Assembly: GCA_963666985.2 (NCBI GenBank) | Contig: CAXXIA010000001.1 | Coordinates: 1,024,001 to 1,088,000, forward strand | Reading direction: 5' to 3' | Length of the DNA: 64,000 nt | DNA from: Spirochaetia bacterium | Lineage (GTDB): Bacteria > Spirochaetota > Spirochaetia > DSM-2461 | In this document: positions 47,225-56,788 of the stretch, in pieces | How the letters are laid out: each line of letters begins with the position of its first letter | Numbering within the stretch: position 1 is the first letter of the stretch | Notes under the pieces: generated by a model | Seen by the model: only the letters and a program-made list of their open reading frames with translations | What the model was told of the DNA's origin: nothing | The model's database searches: none | Program-made: the position numbers and the translations under genes

Positions 47225-48640
47225 GTGACTCAATTCGAAAAAGCGAAAGCGGCACTGGAATCCTATATCGGCGAATCACGCAATGCCGGCATCAATATTC
47301 TGCCGCCGGAAGACGAACTGGCCACGATTGCCGGTGTGGGAAGAAATACACTCCGGCGCGTTATATCCGTTCTTCAAGACGACGGAATCGTCCGGCGCAT
47401 CCAGGGAAAAGGAACCTTCATCGAAGAGGCTCCCGTTACGATATCGTTTTACAATTGGCTTGTTTATCAAAACGCCGATACGAATCCCCGTCTTCTCATG
47501 GATCGCTGGTTCCGTGAATTTCAAAGTGAATCGGGAGTAAACGTCGACAATGTTGCCGTGAATTATTCTCTGTATTCGCACGCGCTGCACGACGCGCTGC
47601 TCGACGCCGTGCAGCCGGATCTTGTACTCATCACGCCGTTTTGGTTCCACAGTTTTCAGCGGATGAAATTGTTCCGGAATCTGGACGATTATCTGGGACG
47701 TCCCGTTTTCGCCGATGTTTATAATCCCGCGCTTGAAATGATGAAAAACCGCGATCGGATTTACGGCGTTCCCTGGGTTCTGGCCCCTTTGGCGCTCTAT
47801 TACAACAAAAATGTTTTGGCTCAGGCCGGTCTAAATCCGGAAAAAGCGCCGCAAACGCTCGACGAACTGGCCTCCATGTGCCGAAAGGTCGAAGAAAACG
47901 GTCAGGCATCGGGGATTTGTTTCTCCTTAACCCAATATGCGTTCAATTTCTTCCAAATCTACCCGATTCTTCTATCCTTCGGAGGCGGTTTTTCCGACCC
48001 CCTGGGAAATCTTACTATCGATTCCGAGGCCAATTTGAAGGCTCTGCATTGGCTTCAGAATCTTTACAAAAACAGCCGCCGGCCGGTTGTTACCGATTTG
48101 GATACGGGACGAAAACTCTTCGCCAACGATAAGCTAGCCTTTTTAATCGACGGACCGTATGCCCGGGGGAATTTTCACTATTTCAACAACCGAGGCCGAA
48201 GCCTTCGGGAATCTTACGGCGTTGCGAAAATACCCGTCGGGGAAACCGGCCGTTCGGAAAGCATTCTGCTCTCCCATAATCTTGCCATTCCGCGGAACGC
48301 GCCCCATCCCGATGAAGCCTTCCGTCTTATCGAATATCTTCTTTCGAACGAAACCCGCCTTCGGGAATATCATGAAATCGACGGCGTTCCGCCCGCCGTT
48401 TCCAATATTCTCTACAGCGAATATTACGCGCGGGATCCCTTTACATCGGTCTTTATCGAACAGCTGGAAACGGCTTCGACCGCGCCGTTCAAGCATCCTC
48501 TTTTCGTACGGTCCCTGCCCTTCCTTACCAATATTTTCCATCGAATCATCATGGACGGGAACGACGCCGCGGCCGGTCTGGCCAAGCTCAGGGAAATTAT
48601 TGAAATCATCGGTTTGGATAGTTCAGAGACATATCTCTGA
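47225..48640 (+). CDS. GntR-type wHTH regulator fused to a sugar-binding-protein domain
   Basis: LPPEDELA...VGRNTLRR...RIQGKGTFI, followed by an SBP_bac_1-like domain (LYYNKNVL). GTG start with an AGAGGT SD. Confidence 0.88.
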   Translation: MTQFEKAKAALESYIGESRNAGINILPPEDELATIAGVGRNTLRRVISVLQDDGIVRRIQGKGTFIEEAPVTISFYNWLVYQNADTNPRLLMDRWFREFQSESGVNVDNVAVNYSLYSHALHDALLDAVQPDLVLITPFWFHSFQRMKLFRNLDDYLGRPVFADVYNPALEMMKNRDRIYGVPWVLAPLALYYNKNVLAQAGLNPEKAPQTLDELASMCRKVEENGQASGICFSLTQYAFNFFQIYPILLSFGGGFSDPLGNLTIDSEANLKALHWLQNLYKNSRRPVVTDLDTGRKLFANDKLAFLIDGPYARGNFHYFNNRGRSLRESYGVAKIPVGETGRSESILLSHNLAIPRNAPHPDEAFRLIEYLLSNETRLREYHEIDGVPPAVSNILYSEYYARDPFTSVFIEQLETASTAPFKHPLFVRSLPFLTNIFHRIIMDGNDAAAGLAKLREIIEIIGLDSSETYL

Positions 48641-48662
48641 TTAATTTTAAAGGAGGTTTCCT

Positions 48663-49946
48663 ATGAAAAGGGCCATCATGACAGCGGGACTCTTAGCCGC
48701 CATGTGTTGGATCGCATTCGCTTCGGGAGGCGCGGATGCGGCGGGTAAGGCCGAGGAAGGCGGTGCCGGTGATTTCGTAGTCTATTGGAATACAAACCAT
48801 AACTACGATACATACCAGAGAATCATTAATGATTTCGTCGCGGAAAAAGGACTAGATCTGGATTTTCAGGTTTATCTCTGGCCGGACATGAGGAAAAAGC
48901 TGCTCATTAATTTCTCCGCGGGAGAACCGGTCGATCTCATTGAGGTTCCGGGGAACTGGATCGCGGAATTCGGCGCCAACGGACAGGTACGGGATATAAC
49001 GGCGAAAATCAACGGCTGGCCGGAAAAAAGTGATTTTCTCGAAGGAACATGGGCCGAAACCAGCGTCGGCGATTCAATTTACGGCGTGAAGATTCACCAC
49101 ACGGCCATGGCTCTCTTTTACAATAAAGAACTCATGGAAGGCGCCGACTTGAATCCCGAGTCTCCACCCGCGACTTTCGGCGAGTTCAAAAACGCTCTGG
49201 TGAAGATAAAAGAAACCTATGGTGATTCGGTCGCCGGATTCATCTTCGATTCCGACGCCGGTTACTTCGCCAATTTCCTTCAGTCGGGAAAAAATCCCTA
49301 TCTGATCAGGGACAATAAAATCGCCATAAACAATCCGGAGGCTGCGGCCACCATGACGTTCCTCAGGGATATTATTTCGGAAGATCTCGTCCAGATCCCC
49401 GAACCGGGTGCGAATTATCAGGCTTCCCGCCGGCTTTTCCTCGAAGGCAAGGTCGCCATGATGATCTCCGGTCCCTGGGATATCGCCAATTTGGCCAACA
49501 ACGCTCCGGATATCGACTATGGTATCGCATTGATTCCCTCCTTGGAAGGCACCGAGCCGCGAGGCGGCGTTGCCGGAACGGGATTGACCATTTCCATCGA
49601 CTCGCACAAAGAAGATCTCAGTTGGGAATTGATTCAAAGGCTCACATCCCTGGAAGCGGAAGTCGCGGCGACTCAGGAAACGGGCATGCTCATGCCGCGC
49701 AAAAGCTGGGCAACCGATCCCCGGATTCAGAATGTCCGCGGAGTTCAGGAATTCAAGCCGGTTCTCGCGGCGGCCGTTCCGTTCGACATCGACGCGGCCG
49801 TTATGGGACTGACGGAACTCAGGGGCGACGGAGATCTCTTCGTTAAGCTCTATCAGCAGCTTCTCTACACCGACATTCCCGCCGGAAAAATCCTGGAAGA
49901 CTTTGAAACCGCCGGAAATGCGGCGATTAAGAAAAAACTCAGATGA
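48663..49946 (+). CDS. Carbohydrate ABC transporter solute-binding protein
   Basis: Spirochaete-type signal (AFASGG), LFYNKEL, FLEGKVAMMISGPW. Confidence 0.93.
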   Translation: MKRAIMTAGLLAAMCWIAFASGGADAAGKAEEGGAGDFVVYWNTNHNYDTYQRIINDFVAEKGLDLDFQVYLWPDMRKKLLINFSAGEPVDLIEVPGNWIAEFGANGQVRDITAKINGWPEKSDFLEGTWAETSVGDSIYGVKIHHTAMALFYNKELMEGADLNPESPPATFGEFKNALVKIKETYGDSVAGFIFDSDAGYFANFLQSGKNPYLIRDNKIAINNPEAAATMTFLRDIISEDLVQIPEPGANYQASRRLFLEGKVAMMISGPWDIANLANNAPDIDYGIALIPSLEGTEPRGGVAGTGLTISIDSHKEDLSWELIQRLTSLEAEVAATQETGMLMPRKSWATDPRIQNVRGVQEFKPVLAAAVPFDIDAAVMGLTELRGDGDLFVKLYQQLLYTDIPAGKILEDFETAGNAAIKKKLR

Positions 49947-49952
49947 TTTTAA

Positions 49953-49979
49953 AAGCCGGGGGAATTCTTCCCTCGGCTT
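49953..49979 (+). other. Intra-operon stem-loop after the SBP gene
   Basis: AAGCCGGGGGAA-TTC-TTCCCTCGGCTT; position typical of a differential mRNA-stability hairpin. Confidence 0.55.
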
Positions 49980-49995
49980 CTTAGAGAACGTAAAC

Positions 49996-50877
49996 ATGAG
50001 AAATACAACACGACGTTATATCAACGGATACATCCTGCTTATCCCGACTTTGATACTCATCGTAACATTTTACCTGCTGCCGTTTATCATTGCGCTGATT
50101 AACAGCCTTCACACCGGCATGCCGGGGCATTATGAATTGAACGGATTGTGGAATTACGCCGATGTGTTCACCTCGTCCCGTTTTTGGAACTCCCTGTGGG
50201 TTACGACGCGATTTACCGCCGTGTCTTCAATCATTCTCTTCTTTCTGGGATTCATACTCGCCGAAACTCTCGTCAGAAGGAAAATCTATTTTAAGACTTT
50301 CAGCAGCGCGTCCATACTTCTGCCGTACATCATCACACCGGCCGTCGCCATTCTGATATGGCAGTACATGTTCCATACGGATGCCGGCATTCTGAACCAC
50401 TTGCTTGGTTTGATCGGGATGGAGCCGATAGGATGGCTCCGGCGGCCCGATTCCGCGATGCGCAGTCTCATCGCCGTACAATGCTGGTTCACTCTGGGAT
50501 ACATCATCGTGCTTTTTGCATCGGGACTGCAGGCCATTCCCGCAAGTTATTACGAAGCGGCCGCGATGGACGGCGCCGGATATTGGCGCTGCAGCAGAAG
50601 CATCTCCGTTCCGCTGGTTCTGCCGACCGTGGTTTTCGTTTTGATTATGCTGCTTCTGGCCGGATACGTGAACTCATTCACTCTGGCTTCCCTGTTAACC
50701 GGCGGAGGGCCGATCGGAAGCACGGAAGTCTATATGCTCTACCTCTACAGCATCGCTTTCGGGAATTTCGATATCCCCCTTTCCAACGCCCTGACGATGA
50801 TCCTTTTTGTGCTGATGTTCCTTTTTTCCATCGGCGTGAGATCACTTCAAAAACGACTTTTTTCCAATCTGTATTAG
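49996..50877 (+). CDS. Carbohydrate ABC permease (MalF-type)
   Basis: GLQAIPASYYEAAAMDGA; TGGGP. Confidence 0.93.
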   Translation: MRNTTRRYINGYILLIPTLILIVTFYLLPFIIALINSLHTGMPGHYELNGLWNYADVFTSSRFWNSLWVTTRFTAVSSIILFFLGFILAETLVRRKIYFKTFSSASILLPYIITPAVAILIWQYMFHTDAGILNHLLGLIGMEPIGWLRRPDSAMRSLIAVQCWFTLGYIIVLFASGLQAIPASYYEAAAMDGAGYWRCSRSISVPLVLPTVVFVLIMLLLAGYVNSFTLASLLTGGGPIGSTEVYMLYLYSIAFGNFDIPLSNALTMILFVLMFLFSIGVRSLQKRLFSNLY

Positions 50878-50887
50878 GACGGCATCC

Positions 50888-51709
50888 ATGAAGAATAATC
50901 ATTCCGTCAACATTCTCCTAACCGTACTTTTTGTGTTTTTGGCACTTGCCGCTCTATTTCCCGTGATCTACATTCTCTCCCTGTCGCTTCAGACCGAACA
51001 GGAGGCGATTCGCTTTCCTCCGGCTCTTATTCCCGAATCGCTCTATCTGGGGAATTTCTCGGCCGTTTTGGATTTAATTCCCATAGGCCGGCTGTTTATC
51101 AATTCACTTATTTTTTCCCTCTCTTCGACGCTTCTGGTAATATTCACCTCTCTTACAGGTGCCTATGCCGTCGTCAAGATTCAACCGCCCGGACATCGTT
51201 TTTTCTCCATTCTCTTTCTTTCCATCGTTTTGATTCCGCCGGCGGTTCGAACCATTCCTTTGTACACAATGCTCTCTACAATGAAACTGACCGATACTTG
51301 GGCCGGTTTAACTCTTCCGGTTGCCGCCACGGGATTCGGATTGTTCTTCATTCAGCAGTACTTATTAACGATTCCCGACAGCATGCTGGAAGCCGCGCGA
51401 ATCGAAGGCGCCGGAGAAATCAGAATCCTGGCCTCCATTGTTACGCCTATGGCGGCTCCGGCCGTTTCGACTCTCTTTCTCTTTAATTTTCTCTTCCGGT
51501 GGAACGAATATCTCTGGCCGCTGGTCATTACCAGAAAAAAATGGACGACGCTGCCCGTCGGCGTCTCGATTTTCAAAACATCGGAGAATCTCGTTCCATG
51601 GAATCTCATAGCCGCGGTCTCGATAATCACTCTCGTGCCTGTTCTCCTGATTTATATCCTTTTCAGGCGCCGCATCGTTGAAGGCCTGGCAATTCAAGCA
51701 AGCAAATAA
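50888..51709 (+). CDS. Carbohydrate ABC permease (MalG-type)
   Basis: IPDSMLEAARIEGA; WNEYLWPL. Confidence 0.93.
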   Translation: MKNNHSVNILLTVLFVFLALAALFPVIYILSLSLQTEQEAIRFPPALIPESLYLGNFSAVLDLIPIGRLFINSLIFSLSSTLLVIFTSLTGAYAVVKIQPPGHRFFSILFLSIVLIPPAVRTIPLYTMLSTMKLTDTWAGLTLPVAATGFGLFFIQQYLLTIPDSMLEAARIEGAGEIRILASIVTPMAAPAVSTLFLFNFLFRWNEYLWPLVITRKKWTTLPVGVSIFKTSENLVPWNLIAAVSIITLVPVLLIYILFRRRIVEGLAIQASK

Positions 51710-51722
51710 ACGGGGATTGAAT

Positions 51723-53099
51723 ATGAATCCGAACATCATCGTCTTTTTTACCGACCAGCAGCGCTGGGACACCTGCGGGTGCTACGGTCAATCACTCAAT
51801 ACAACGCCGAATCTGGATAAACTCGCCGCCGAAGGCGTACTCTTCGAACGGGCATTCACCTGCCAGCCGGTGTGCGGACCGGCTCGATCCTGTCTTCAAA
51901 CCGGTCGGTACGCCACGCAAACCGGCTGCTATCGGAACGACATCGCACTCCCGGCCGATCAGAAAACCATCGCGCATCATCTTAAGGAGAACGGATATCG
52001 AACCGGTTACATCGGAAAATGGCATCTTGCTTCCGATACGGAAAACGGTCTTGATAATCAGACGAAACCCATACCCGAAGAGCTCCGCGGCGGCTGGGAA
52101 GACTGGCTTGCCTCCGATATCCTTGAATTCACTTCGCAAGGATACGGCGGCTATATGTTCGATTCGGACGGGAGTCAAAAAAACTGGCCGGATGATTGTT
52201 ATCGCGTTGATGCGCTTACCGATTTCGCTTTGGAACATCTGGATGACTATTTGGCGGGAGAGGCACCCTTTATCCTCTTTATTTCCTACATCGAACCGCA
52301 TCACCAGAACAACATGAACCGATATATCGGTCCGCACGGCTCCAAGGAGCGATTCGCCGATTTTAAGACTCCGGGAGATTTAACCGAAGGCTTCGGCGAC
52401 TGGGAAGAGAATTATCCCGATTACCTCGGAGCCATCAACGCGCTCGATTGTTCTCTGGGACGCATCCGAGAACGAGTAGAAGAACACAATGCCTTTGATG
52501 ATACGCTATTCTTATTTTTCAGCGATCATGGCTCCCACTTCAAAACCAGAAACAACGAATACAAACGATCCTGCCATGAAGGTTCTATTCACATTCCTCT
52601 TGTCATCAGCGGACCGGGATTTCGCGGCGGCATCCGTTATGAGAACTTGGTCGGTCTTATCGATATTCCCCCGACGATAATCCGCGCTTCGGGCAAAGAG
52701 CCTCCTTCCTTCATGAGCGGCCGCCCTCTTCAGGATGAAGTTTCAGGAATCCTGCCCGCCAGGGAAAGCATATTCATTCAAATTTCGGAAGATCATATCG
52801 GACGTGCCGTACGGACTGATAAGTGGAAATATGAGATTTGCGCGGCTACGGATGAACCTTACTCCGGCTGGCGTTTTCCTTCCTGGGACGTTTACAGGGA
52901 ATGCCGCCTTTACGATTTGGAATCCGATCCGTGGGAACGCGTTAATCTCATCGACGATCCGACGCTGAAAGATGTGCGCCTTCATCTTCGCTCGGAATTG
53001 CTGAATCATATGGAAAAAGCCGGAGAAAGAAGACCGAGAGCCGTTTTGGAGGCCGCATCTCCCGATATCGATCCGGAACTGATGAATTCCGTCCTCTGA
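51723..53099 (+). CDS. Cytoplasmic sulfatase
   Basis: PNIIVFFTDQQR, CGPARSCLQTGR, GKWHL, EPHH, SDHG. Confidence 0.95.
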   Translation: MNPNIIVFFTDQQRWDTCGCYGQSLNTTPNLDKLAAEGVLFERAFTCQPVCGPARSCLQTGRYATQTGCYRNDIALPADQKTIAHHLKENGYRTGYIGKWHLASDTENGLDNQTKPIPEELRGGWEDWLASDILEFTSQGYGGYMFDSDGSQKNWPDDCYRVDALTDFALEHLDDYLAGEAPFILFISYIEPHHQNNMNRYIGPHGSKERFADFKTPGDLTEGFGDWEENYPDYLGAINALDCSLGRIRERVEEHNAFDDTLFLFFSDHGSHFKTRNNEYKRSCHEGSIHIPLVISGPGFRGGIRYENLVGLIDIPPTIIRASGKEPPSFMSGRPLQDEVSGILPARESIFIQISEDHIGRAVRTDKWKYEICAATDEPYSGWRFPSWDVYRECRLYDLESDPWERVNLIDDPTLKDVRLHLRSELLNHMEKAGERRPRAVLEAASPDIDPELMNSVL

Positions 53100-53288
53100 A
53101 TGACTTAATTTATAAAAAATCGAATTAGCGGCCGTCTTTTTATCCGCGAACTTCCGCTTTAATCCGGAGAAACACCGAGAAATGAAATGTTTCCGAAGGT
53201 TTTATGGAAGAGTCGCGCAAAGTCTCTCATAATTAGAGTGAAACCGTTCGCGGTATGTTATGTCACTATCGGGATGGGGAGCATTGCC

Positions 53289-53642
53289 ATGAATGGAAAA
53301 CGAATACTCGTCATCGACGACGAAAAGGCGATTCTGGACGCTTTAAAAATTATCCTGGAAGACCTCGGACATACTCTTGAAGTGTTTCAGGAGCCGGAGC
53401 TGGGTCTGAAAGCGGCACTCAGCCGAGATTACGACTTGATAATTACCGATCTGCGAATGCCCGGTACCAACGGAGCGGAGATTGTTAAACGAGTCAGGCA
53501 AGAAAAACCGGATTCCAGAATACTCATTATAACCGCCTATCCGGGTGATCAGCTCGTCGGTTCCGCTCTGAAAGCCGGAGCCCGGGGAGTCCTGAAGAAA
53601 CCATTTGAAATCGCTAAAATTCTCGACGTCCTGAGGGAATAA
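53289..53642 (+). CDS. Single-domain response regulator
   Basis: ILVIDDE, ITDLRMPG, ITAY, KKPF. Confidence 0.93.
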   Translation: MNGKRILVIDDEKAILDALKIILEDLGHTLEVFQEPELGLKAALSRDYDLIITDLRMPGTNGAEIVKRVRQEKPDSRILIITAYPGDQLVGSALKAGARGVLKKPFEIAKILDVLRE

Positions 53643-53643
53643 A

Positions 53644-55176
53644 ATGCCAGGCAGTCAACGGGACTATCGGAAACAGGAAATTCTTGAAGATGCTCGCACC
53701 TGGCTTAACGAACTGGAACGAACCGAACGCCTTCATCGCGAGATGGAAGAAGACCGGGGCCAGGAGTACAAAGAGGATATCCGGGCCGATGAGATGAGAA
53801 CCATCAGCCTCGAATATGGTCTCCAGGTCGACGGATATGTCGATGTTCATGTATCCGAAGATCGAATGACATGCCTGATGAATCTCTATCCGCCAAGCTT
53901 GGATGGGAATTTCCCCGATATAACAGCTATCAACGAAGCCATGGCGTCCTGCGGGGTCACGGCTCCCATTCAGGGAGATGTCGTTCTTAAGGCCCTTCAA
54001 GAACTTCGGGAGAAAAGGGAGACCTTATTCGACGTTATCCTTTTGCGGGGACGCGCTCCGGTCAACCGCATCATGGAGCATCTGATCATCGATAAAAAAC
54101 TCCTCGGGAAAAGGATTCCGCCGGAACATGGCGGACAAATCGATCATCGGGAGTTTTCTCCGTTCCATATTATAGAAAAAGGTCAAACCGTCGGACGCGT
54201 CGTTTCGGAAAAACCGGGCAGTGAAGGAATAACCGTTACCGGACAGAAAATACCGTTTGAAACAATAGTGCCGCCGACCATACTGACGGGAGAAAATGTG
54301 GAAATACGCGGCGATGAGCTCATCGCCCTGAAGGACGGCCGACTGTTTCTTGAAAACAACACGGTCTCTATTAAGGAGATTCTGGAAATCAGAGGCGATG
54401 TCGGTTATGAAACCGGGCATATCGATTTCCCCGGCGATATAGTTCTAAACGGCACGGTTAAAGACGGATTCGCCGTTAAGGCCGGGCAGGATGTAATGGC
54501 GTCCGGAACCCTGGATGTAACAAGCTTGGAAGCCGGAGGCGACATTATCGCCCTTAAAGGACTTATCGGGCGCAAAGACGGCGTCGTTCGGGCGAAGGGT
54601 GAGATCAAGGCTAAATTCATTGAACAATGCTACGTGGAGGCCGGAGGAACGGTTCGGTTCGATGTGGGAATCATGAATTCCGTTATCCATGCGGGAAGTG
54701 CCGTTCTGGGCGGAGATAAATCCATTATCGTCGGAGGAAAACTTGTCTGCCGCGACGAGGTGAACGTCCTTCAAATCGGGAACAAATCGGAAACCCGAAC
54801 CACAATCATAGCGGGTGTGGATTACGTAATCATGAACAAACTCGAATGGATTCGGAATCAAAACATAGAAATGACCGAGAAAATCAACTCCATCCGTCAT
54901 CAAGTCGCCGCAACGGGAGATGACGACGGAGAACTTGCCGAGATGGAAGCACGCATCAGATCGAGTCTGCTGAAACTGAACCAATCATCGCAAGATCTCA
55001 TCTCTCGGCTTCATCAGGCCGAGGATGCCAAGATTGTGGTGCGCGGTTCCGTCTATCCGGGAACTTACATCGAAATCTGCCATGTCTCATATGTCGTGGA
55101 ACGCCCTATGTCAAAAGTTTTTTTTAAACTGAACAAAGCCACGGGAACCATCGCCACCGGACAGATAAGCCGCTGA
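53644..55176 (+). CDS. FapA/DUF342 family protein
   Basis: GDVGYETGHIDFPGDIVLNGTV, AKFIE, IVGG, V.GSVYPG. Confidence 0.88.
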   Translation: MPGSQRDYRKQEILEDARTWLNELERTERLHREMEEDRGQEYKEDIRADEMRTISLEYGLQVDGYVDVHVSEDRMTCLMNLYPPSLDGNFPDITAINEAMASCGVTAPIQGDVVLKALQELREKRETLFDVILLRGRAPVNRIMEHLIIDKKLLGKRIPPEHGGQIDHREFSPFHIIEKGQTVGRVVSEKPGSEGITVTGQKIPFETIVPPTILTGENVEIRGDELIALKDGRLFLENNTVSIKEILEIRGDVGYETGHIDFPGDIVLNGTVKDGFAVKAGQDVMASGTLDVTSLEAGGDIIALKGLIGRKDGVVRAKGEIKAKFIEQCYVEAGGTVRFDVGIMNSVIHAGSAVLGGDKSIIVGGKLVCRDEVNVLQIGNKSETRTTIIAGVDYVIMNKLEWIRNQNIEMTEKINSIRHQVAATGDDDGELAEMEARIRSSLLKLNQSSQDLISRLHQAEDAKIVVRGSVYPGTYIEICHVSYVVERPMSKVFFKLNKATGTIATGQISR

Positions 55177-55188
55177 ATCAAACGCACA

Positions 55189-56676
55189 TTACTGAGCTAT
55201 AGGGAAAAAAAGCTTAACAACGGTGCCCTCTCCGGGCCGGCTTTCCAGGATAAGGGTGCCGTCGTGCTGTTTGACGATTCCGTAAGCCCTCGTCAGTCCC
55301 AGACCTTTCCCCTTCCCGAATTCTTCGGTTGTATAATACGGTTCAAGGATTCTATCCACCGTTTCGGAATCCATGCCGGGACCCGAATCGTGGATTTCAA
55401 TTACGGCGTATCCGGCCTCCGATTTCGCGGCGGAATCGGCAAGAATGAAATCCGTTCCGCGATGATCGGTAGCGACGATAACGACTCCGCCCGGTCCCGC
55501 GGCGGTTAACGCGTTGTTAAGTACTTCCCGGATGGCAACCCCGACGGCTTTTCCGCTTCCGCGAACCAAAAGAGGATGCCCATGGCGCTTTCTGCGGATT
55601 CGTCCGCTTATCTTGGAATCCGTTTTCATTCTTCCCAGAACCTCGTCCAGAACATTCTCAAGATCCCAAACGGCCGCATCTTCATACGTAACCCCAAGGG
55701 TGGACAGCAGACCGTCCACGATATGAACGGCCCGTTGAACAAGCTTTTCCATTTCCGAGATTTGCGCGTCTTTCGTTTCTCCGCCGCGGCGATGAGAGAT
55801 CAGCTGCAGATGCAAAGACATCCCGGCGAGAATATTGTTGAACTCATGAGCGATTCCGCCCGTAAGGGTCTCAATGGCTTCCATTCTCTGCATTCGGTTT
55901 CTAATGGCTTCAACGGCCTGCCTTTCGGATTCTCTGGCTTTCGCATCCGAAATATCTTCAATCACACCATCAAGATACGCCAAACCCGTCTCGACATCGA
56001 CAACTCTCTGCAGCGTTAAGCGAACCCATATCGTATCGCCCGAATATTTTTTAAATCGAACCTCCCGCATTATATGACTTCCCGGCTCCCTCAACGCATT
56101 TAAGATCGCTGTACGTTCTTCGTCGGAGGCATACAGATCGGAAGCTTTGGCAATATGAAGCGAGAGCTGGTCGGGATAGCCCAATATATCAACTGTGGCG
56201 TGATTGGTTTCCAGGATGCCCCCTCCGACAGTTGTTCGTATCAGACCTACGGGAACATTCTCATACAATTCATGGTAGCGCTTACGGGATTCCCTCAGAG
56301 CATTTTCCATCCTGACGCGATGCGTGATATCCAAAACATTAATTATCAGAAGGCGTTCCTCTGGTTCTCCCACCGTTCCCCGAGAGAGGATAATATCCAA
56401 GGTATCGCCGTCGTTTGTCGTCATGTGGGTTTCAATCATGTTCAGCATCGGGGATTCATCGGATTCTTCGAACAATTCGTCCCGTTCTTTTTGCGGGAAC
56501 AGTTCCCTGATATCCCGTCCGATAAGTTTCTCCCGAATGCTGTTGATCATTCCGGAAACAACGGTATTGCAGTCGATAATATGGTAATGATCGGCGTTAT
56601 AGATGAGGAATCCGCTGGAAATTGATTCAATAATATTCCTGTAATAGGACATCAAATATTCAAACTGGTTTCTCAT
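55189..56676 (-). CDS. PAS-PAS sensor histidine kinase
   Basis: GGIAHEFNNIL, DSGPGM, EPYYTT, GKGLGL. Confidence 0.92.
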   Translation of the reverse strand: MRNQFEYLMSYYRNIIESISSGFLIYNADHYHIIDCNTVVSGMINSIREKLIGRDIRELFPQKERDELFEESDESPMLNMIETHMTTNDGDTLDIILSRGTVGEPEERLLIINVLDITHRVRMENALRESRKRYHELYENVPVGLIRTTVGGGILETNHATVDILGYPDQLSLHIAKASDLYASDEERTAILNALREPGSHIMREVRFKKYSGDTIWVRLTLQRVVDVETGLAYLDGVIEDISDAKARESERQAVEAIRNRMQRMEAIETLTGGIAHEFNNILAGMSLHLQLISHRRGGETKDAQISEMEKLVQRAVHIVDGLLSTLGVTYEDAAVWDLENVLDEVLGRMKTDSKISGRIRRKRHGHPLLVRGSGKAVGVAIREVLNNALTAAGPGGVVIVATDHRGTDFILADSAAKSEAGYAVIEIHDSGPGMDSETVDRILEPYYTTEEFGKGKGLGLTRAYGIVKQHDGTLILESRPGEGTVVKLFFPIAQ

Positions 56677-56788
56677 TCAAGTCCCTCTCAGAGGATTCCC
56701 TTCGCTTCTCAGACCGGGACTGCTGTAAGAGACGAAATGAATCGTGCGAAGAAGCATCTTATCAGGCAGTCTCTTCTCCGTGAAAGAC

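Noticed and set aside
49074..49997. Long antisense ORFs (also 34093-34920, 39599-40360, 61552-62256)
   Set aside because: Shadow ORFs opposite well-supported genes, expected from codon bias.
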